From NCBI RefSeq assembly GCF_006345805.1, contig NW_021833629.1:1-55357 (forward strand): a DNA stretch of 55,357 nucleotides, in the 5' to 3' direction. Positions 48,536 to 55,357 of this stretch are shown here, in pieces. The notes below the pieces were generated by a model. That model saw only the letters and a program-made list of their open reading frames with translations, searched no databases and was not told the origin of the DNA. The stretch comes from Octopus sinensis. Taxonomy: Eukaryota. The position numbers were made by a program, and so were the translations under genes. Position 1 is the first letter of the stretch, and each line of letters starts with the position of its first letter.

Positions 48536-51500
48536 TCCTCCCGACGCCGATGGACGTACGTGAATCAGCTCTGTGAGTTTTGTGCCAATTTTATTGGAAA
48601 TTTTTTAATAGCTTGAATATTTTTTAATATTTTGTAGCCAAACCGACCGGCTTCTTGCGGAGCTCGTCGGTTGGGCGAAAACTTTGCCCCTTCGGGGTGA
48701 AATTGCTGTTTTTTATTTTGAAATTGACATTTTTGCACACACATATTACAAAAATGGCTCTGAAACGAGCTGCTGGCTCTTCCCTCCTTCTTGCAACACC
48801 CCCTCCACAAGAACACAAAACAACGTCACGGGTTACGTACAACCCATTTCAAGCCGTAAAAGGCAACAAAGATCCTCCTTCCGAACCGGAGTGCACGCGC
48901 TCGATTCAAAAGGAGAATGCAAGCCAGGACGTCGCGTTCGACGTCACTCTTGATTTCCCTCCTCTGCCTTCAACAAGTGATGCTGTACCGAAGAGGGAGG
49001 AAAAGAAACTTATAGCAGACAAAAATACAGACAAGAACCAACAAAAAAATGTTAAAAACTCTAACGATTTTGCTTCTGCTGCGAAGCAAATTTCGGAAGA
49101 TGTAGATATAACGATGGAGGACATAAAGATGGCACAAGATTTGTTGAGAAAGGAGGGGAACAGTGTTTTCCTCAACACACCTCAACAACTCACACAGAGA
49201 CAAACAAAAGAACAATCTTTTATAAAGTCTTCGAAAAGAAAACTAAAAGATTGTTTAACGCCACACCACAACAGTTAGAGATGGCTCTGAAGCCCATTTG
49301 GGGCCAGAAGAGCTATGTGACAAGAGGGAAGCGATTTGGAACCGTGGAGGTTCGCTTCCCAACAGAGGAGCTTGCAAGGGCGAACGCCATTTCGCCCTTG
49401 CAAAATGAACATTGTTCCTCGTCCCGACGTACCTCGGGCGTAAGTACAAAAATAACTATAAGCACAATACCCCCCGAACAGAAAATCTCATGGCTAGTGG
49501 CGGCTGTCCTCTATGGCATAGAGGACACTGCCACTATTCTGAATGTTCGGAGGGTACGAGAAAAGAACTGGTCAGGCATGGGAATTCAACTGCTGGTACA
49601 GATCCAGCAGGAAAACATCAATGCCATACCTGACTTTGTCATCTTTGCGGATGGGACAAGGCTAATGTTATTGTAGAGGGGCGAAAGCCAAAATGTTTCC
49701 TCTGCAGTAGCGAAAGCCACCTAAAAAGGGACTGCCCCATTCAAAAAAAGAGAATGGAAGAATATAGCAAGAGGCAGCAGCAACAACAAACAACAACAAC
49801 AACAACACAAGCAACAACAACAGAAACAACAAAAACAGCAAGAAACACCAAAGGCTGCCACACCACCAACACCATCACCAACACCAGCACCAAGACGAGC
49901 AACACCACCTCCAACAACAACAACCACCACCAAACCAACACCGACAACCACCACCAAACCAACACCGACACCAGTACCTCGAAGGTCGACAGCAGCGACA
50001 TCAACAGTAACAGGAGCAGCGGCACCACCGATACGGTGGAACCAGAAACTTTTCGTCCTGCTACTGAAGCAGACCCCTCAACCATTCCTTTGCCGGATGA
50101 AGAGATCTCGGATTGTGCGAGCTCCGATTCCAACAAAGGAGAATGGAACATAGTCCTCAAAAAAGAAAAGGAGGAAAAACAAAAAGATTTACAGGGGAAG
50201 CACGAACAAACAGTACTTCCCAACATCAACAACAACATCAACAACAACACACACGCACAACAACAAACAACAACAACAACACTTTCGACACCACTACTGC
50301 CACTACCACAGACACAAACAAACACAGACACAATTACAGACACGATTACAGCAGTGAATACAAGAAACCAGGAACTGGTTGAGTATTGAAAAAACAAAAC
50401 AAGCACAAACATTACAGATTTCATAATACCTACACAAAACACACCACCAGCACACATTCTCACAATTAAAATAAACAAAACAGTTTACAACGAAATAAAA
50501 CAAATATTCCCTAACGATGTGGGATCGTTAGGGAAAAGTTTCTCTCAGAAACTTTACAAAAATATATTGAAGCACCCGTGCAAAAGCACAAGGGAGCCAC
50601 CCCCACCACCAACAACAGTAAGTAGAGCCTTTTTTCTCCTTTTTTTCCCTTACTTTTGAAACATGGCAAATCTTAGAATCGGTTGCTTGAATGTGAGAGG
50701 CCTCGGGTCACCTTGGAAACAGGGTCACCTGTTAAACGACCTGAGGTTTCATGATGTGGATGTAGCAGCCATCAGTGAAACCAGGCTCTCCGACCCGCAG
50801 GAACTCGCAGCCCTTTTCGGCGGATACGAGATATTTCTATCTCCGTGTCGGCCGGGAGCGGGCGGTGGTGGTACTGCGGTGTTGTTTCGGAAGGGCCTGG
50901 ACCTGAAAATAAGGACAGTCTTCTTGGATCCGGAAGGTAAGTTGGTGGTCCTCGACGTGGACGGTAGTGACGGCGGTGCTTTCAGACTGCTGGCTGCCTA
51001 CGCTCCGACAGGAGCAGGGCAGTCGGATTATTTCAAACGTCTGGAAGTTTTCCTGGGAACGTCACGCACTCTAGTACTAGTTGGGGATTGGAACGCTGTC
51101 TTAGACGAACGTTTCGATCGGGTGGGCAGGGGAGCGTCTGATAGGAGAGGGGGAGGGTGCAAGAGCCTCGCCAACCTACTCGGCCGCTTTCAGCTGTCCG
51201 ACAGGTTTCGACTAGACAACCCGAATGTGCCAATGTGGACTTGGACAAACCGCATCGGGTCGTCTAGATCGTACTTAGATAGAGTGTTTTGTAGGCCAGC
51301 GGATAAGGACAGCGTAGGGTGTCCACAATTCCACCTAGTCGAATATACGGACCACAAATTAGTGATCTGTACGGTCGACTTAGATAGGCTACATAGACAG
51401 GGACCCGGCTACTGGAAGCTGAACGCGTCGTTAACGGCGTGCAAAGCTTACAGAGACCGGATTAGTTTACTAGTTAAGCGGGCGCTCACGGGGGCAATCA

Positions 51501-54354
51501 TCAACAACAACTGGTGGTTTGCCCTCAAGAGAGCAATTAGAGTAGAGTCGATTAGGTATAGTAAGACTCTAGCTATTGAACGTAGGAAGAGAGAGCGGGA
51601 TTTAGTTAAGAAACTAGACGAGGCTCTTGACACTGGCATCGCGACCGACGTGTTGGCGGCAAGGTTGGCCCTCGACCAACACTTCGACGCCAAACACGAA
51701 GGCTGCGTTGTCAGAGCTAAGGCACGTTCGCTAAGCGGGGAGGGAGAGCGCTCGATGGGCCCGCGTGGCGGAGGCGAAGCGAGGCAACAGAGCAACCATT
51801 CGGTCTTTGGTGGACCAGAACGGGCGCGAGGTTACCCAACCGAAGCAGATGTGTACGGTGCTTCAGCGGCACTTTGCTCAACTGTTTGGGACGAGCGGTG
51901 GAACGGACACCAACGGTACAGACTTCGGTGTGTACCTGGACGGACTGCCGCAACTCTCGGACAGCGAGGCAGAGTGCTGCGAAGGACCGATATCTGCCTG
52001 GGAAGTACAGGAAGCGATGAAGAGTTGCACGAGAGGTAGATCGCCGGGTTTGGATGGTCTGCCCTACGAGCTTTACTTTTCAATGCCAGACTTGTTTGCG
52101 GACCTGTTGGCAAACGTCTACTGCAACTGGCAGCAAAACGGGAGAATTCCTGCTTTTGTCTGTCGAGGGGTGGTGGCTTTGCTAAAGAAGGACCCAAACA
52201 AGGGGGACGTTATAGGGAATTTCCGGCCCATCACTCTGCTCAATGCAGAGTTGAAGATTTTGGCCAAGGTGCTAGCCAAGAGATTGGCGCTTGTCGTGGA
52301 CAAGCTGGTCGGCGGGACGCAGACATGCGCCGTGCCGACCAGGTCGATACACGACAACCTCCATCTCATGCGCTACATCATAGAGAGGGTGGGTAACGAC
52401 GAGCTGGCGGGGTGTGGGGGCTTTGATCAACTTGGATCAGAGTAAAGCCTTCGATAGGGTCGACCATCGGTACCTGGCAGCTGTCCTCAAGGCAGCCGGC
52501 TTCGGTCCAGTCTTCCGCGGGTGGATCGCTGCTTTATACAGCAACATCTGCTCGGTGATACGGGTGAACGGTCACCTTTCGGAACCGTTCGACATCTCGC
52601 GTTCGGTCCGCCAAGGATGCCCCTCTCCTCCCTCTTGTACATTTTGACTCTCGAGCCATTACTGCGCAAGTTGGAGGCTTTGAGGGGCATCCCGCGCGAT
52701 CTAGGAGGCGGAAACAGCGTGTCTGCTTATGCCGACGACGTCACCGTGGTGGTGTCGAGCCACAGGCACATTGGCCTGATTGGCGAGACGCTAAACCAGT
52801 ACGAAGCGGTGACAGGGGCAAAGATTAACGCGGAAAAGTCTGTGGGCTTGCAACTGGGCACCTGGAGAGGCAAGCCCATGCCGTCCAACAGCGTCGTAGG
52901 GCGCTGGACAGACGGACCCGTTAAACTGCTCGGGGTCTGGTTCGGTCCGGACCTCCAGGTGGATAAGAACTGGGAAGAGGTGACGAGCAGGGTGGCACGT
53001 CTCACCCAGAAATGGGCCGAGAGGAAGCTGTCCCTGAAAGGTCGAGCGGAGGTGGCGAATGCGTACATCGCATCCGTCATCTATTACCGCTTGACCGTCG
53101 TCCCTTGTCCCGACCGCTGGTTGGCCAAGCTGGTACACCTGCTCTTCGACTTTTTGTGGAAGGGTCAGGTGCCACTGGTCAGGCGATCCATCTGCTGTCA
53201 ACGACCGCTGAACGGAGGCCTTGGAATGCCGTGGTTGCTGTTGCGCAGACATGCGCTCAGGCTGCGGCATCTCAAGCGCTTCCTAGACGGTGAACAGGTG
53301 TGGTCGTCTTTTGTCAGACGCGATTTTCCGCAGCTCGTCTCTTTGACGGAGCTGCAGACCTGGATCAAACGTAGACCGAGAAAGGGCGCTTGGCACCTCG
53401 AGTGCCGTCAAGCCCTCTCCGCCCTCCACCAGGCGGGCAATGCGGTCGGTTACAGCTCCACTCTAGCGTTCTATAGAGGTTAGTGGAGGAAAAATGCGAC
53501 GACGTTCTCGGGGAAACTCTAGGCGTTGAAGACGACGAACTGAGCGGTCTGTTGGAGGACTTTCGGGCCGGGGCCGATGGATAATTTCCAGAGGTCTCTC
53601 GCTGGCAGTGCTACCGAGGGGCTCTGCCTGTTCGAGATAAACTCTACCGGCACGGAAGTGCCGTCAGCCGGGCCTGCCCGAGGTGTTGCCAGGACGACGA
53701 AACCGTTCTGCACGCACTCGTCCAGTGCCCGAGTATTGCTGAAATATGGGTTTATGTCGAACAGCTACTGTCACGTGTAGGACGGATCCGACTATCGGCC
53801 GAATCCATAGTGAAGATTGCCCCGCCGACCTCCTTTAACAAGGAGGGCGAGGCCGTTTTCTTGTGCCTTGTGGCTGTGGCGAAAGAGGTCGTGTGGTGGA
53901 CTCGTTTGAAAGGGCTAAAGACAGACACTTTCTTTGGTCAAGGCCTCATCAACTTTTTCAAGTTTCACTTGAAAAGGAAGATGAGGTTAGAGAGGAAAGT
54001 GCTGTCCGATAGCAAGTTTTATGAAAGGTGGGTGAATTGTGCGAGACTGGCCTGTATAAATGGACCAGTTCTCAGGTTTCGCCTGTGATTTCAAAGAAAA
54101 AGGTAATGTAAAAGGAGAAGAAAGGGGACTCTCTACACCCCCTTTTTTTGACCAGGCTCCCGTTGGCTTTTGTAGGGTTTTTTCCACCGGAACATTCGAG
54201 ACGTTCCCCCTTTTGGGAGTTTTTCATTGTTTTAATAATCTTGTTTAAAATTTTTTACTCGGATTTTAAAAAACGGCAAAACCCTTGAACCTTTCGTCCT
54301 GTCTTGTCCCTTTATGTAATCATGCGTGCAGCCCTTGTGGCCAATAAAAAAGAA
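48536..54354 (+). mobile_element. Full-length Tx1/L1-clade LINE, copy 2
   Basis: Same architecture as copy 1; longer open segments (50663..52039, 51765..52445, 52521..53483); same 3' terminus. Confidence 0.95.
50663..54088 (+). pseudogene. Tx1 ORF2 (APE-RT), copy 2, few frameshifts
   Basis: 458-aa open APE region, RT motifs as in copy 1; span of about 1,140 codons. Confidence 0.93.
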
Positions 54355-54411
54355 TGATTATGATTATTATTATTATATTAATTAATTATTATTATTATTA
54401 TTATATATTAT

Positions 54412-55357
54412 TCCTTCCGACGCCGATGGAGTACGTGAATCAGCTCCGTGAATTTGACACCAATTTCATTGGAAATCTATGTTAGGTTTGAATATTTTTT
54501 ATATTTTTGTAGCCAAACCGACCGGCTTCTGCGGAGCTCGTCGGTGGGCGAAATTTTGCCCCATTCGGGGTTGAAATACGTTGAAAATTTTGAACATTGA
54601 CATTTTCAACATTTTGAATATTACAAAAAAAAAACATGGCTATGAAGCGAACAGTTGGCTGTTCCTTCCTTCAAGATAAATTACTTCCGCAAACACACAC
54701 AACTCGTACAAAACACCCACTTCACGCCTTAAAAGGCAACAAAGATTCTCCTTCCGACCGCAGAGCACGAGCTCGGTTCAAAAGGAATGCAAGCCAGGAC
54801 GTCGCGGTCGACGTAATTCCGATTTTCCCCTCTGCCTTCACCTAATGCTTTGGTACGGAAGGAGGAGGAAAGAAAAAACAATACAAAAATCATCACAAAC
54901 ATTGACACGGAGAGAAAAGAAAAAACTTCCAACAATTTGCTTCTGCTGCGAAGCAAATTTCGGAGGAAGTTAAGATAACTCTAGAAGATGTGAAAAGAGC
55001 GCGAAGGAAGTTAAGGAAGGATGGCAATGGTATCTTCCTCAATACTCCACAAGAGGTGATTGAAAGCACCAACAAGCAAACAATAATTTACAAAGTTTTC
55101 GACAGAAAACTAAAAAAGAACACAATGCCACCCCAACAGTTGGAGATAGCTCTAAAGCCCATTTGGGCCAAAAGAGCTACGTAACCAAGGGAAGCGTTTT
55201 TGAACCGGTGGAGGTTCGTCGCTTCCCAACAGAGGAGCTGCAAGGGGGCGAACGCCATTTCGCCCTTGCAAACTGAGAATTTGTTATTAGTTCCGACCCA
55301 CCTCGGGCGAAGAGTAACAAAAATAAAAATCGACCTCGCCCCCCCTGAGCTAGATAT
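54412..55357 (+). mobile_element. 5' end of a third, divergent Tx1 copy (runs off the window)
   Basis: Conserved start TCCTTCCGACGCCG and 5' UTR; divergent ORF1 (MAMKR..KGNKD..NASQDVA..FASAAKQISE..GNGIFLNTPQ..LKPIW). Confidence 0.9.

Noticed and set aside
43717-50503. Long minus-strand Val/Cys/Leu-rich ORFs (e.g. 43820..44608, 49741..50478)
   Set aside because: They are antisense shadows of the ACA/CAA-rich ORF1 tail.
42631-54354. Tx1 copies 1 and 2 as a haplotype or assembly duplication
   Set aside because: The ORF1 patches carry many codon-patterned substitutions inconsistent with sequencing error, and a third divergent copy follows in the same arrangement.

Overview
A repeat-saturated, AT-rich animal genomic window. 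It is most likely an octopus, inferred from the tRNA-derived SINE families, not from a database match. No host protein-coding gene is recognisable. Most short ORFs in the track are translations of (TA)n, (TAA)n or (TG)n microsatellites, or fragments and antisense frames of the elements listed. The window holds several retroelement groups, each associated with a particular microsatellite. (1) Penelope-like elements (PLE): a decayed RT plus C-terminal GIY-YIG copy at 3078-5100 and two non-coding fold-back derivatives, all ending at (TA)n, plus at least three distinct hammerhead-ribozyme-like motif families. Two of these families have unusually extended stem II domains. (2) A head-to-tail array of four R4/Dong-type RLE LINEs in (TAA)n, plus a minus-strand 5' fragment. 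(3) A head-to-tail array of three 5'-complete Tx1/L1-clade LINEs in (ATT)n. (4) An ORF1-only Tx1-related element (HAL1-like) inserted with an 11-bp duplication into the tRNA head of a SINE. (5) A non-coding (TAA)n-associated retroelement in two copies. Also present are an RTE LINE, two CRE-like RLE relics, three Tc1/mariner relics, non-autonomous Helitrons, MITE/fold-back elements and SINE fragments. Nearly all coding regions are broken by frameshifts or stops, and some of these indels may be long-read assembly errors. All identities, alignments and RNA folds were done by eye.
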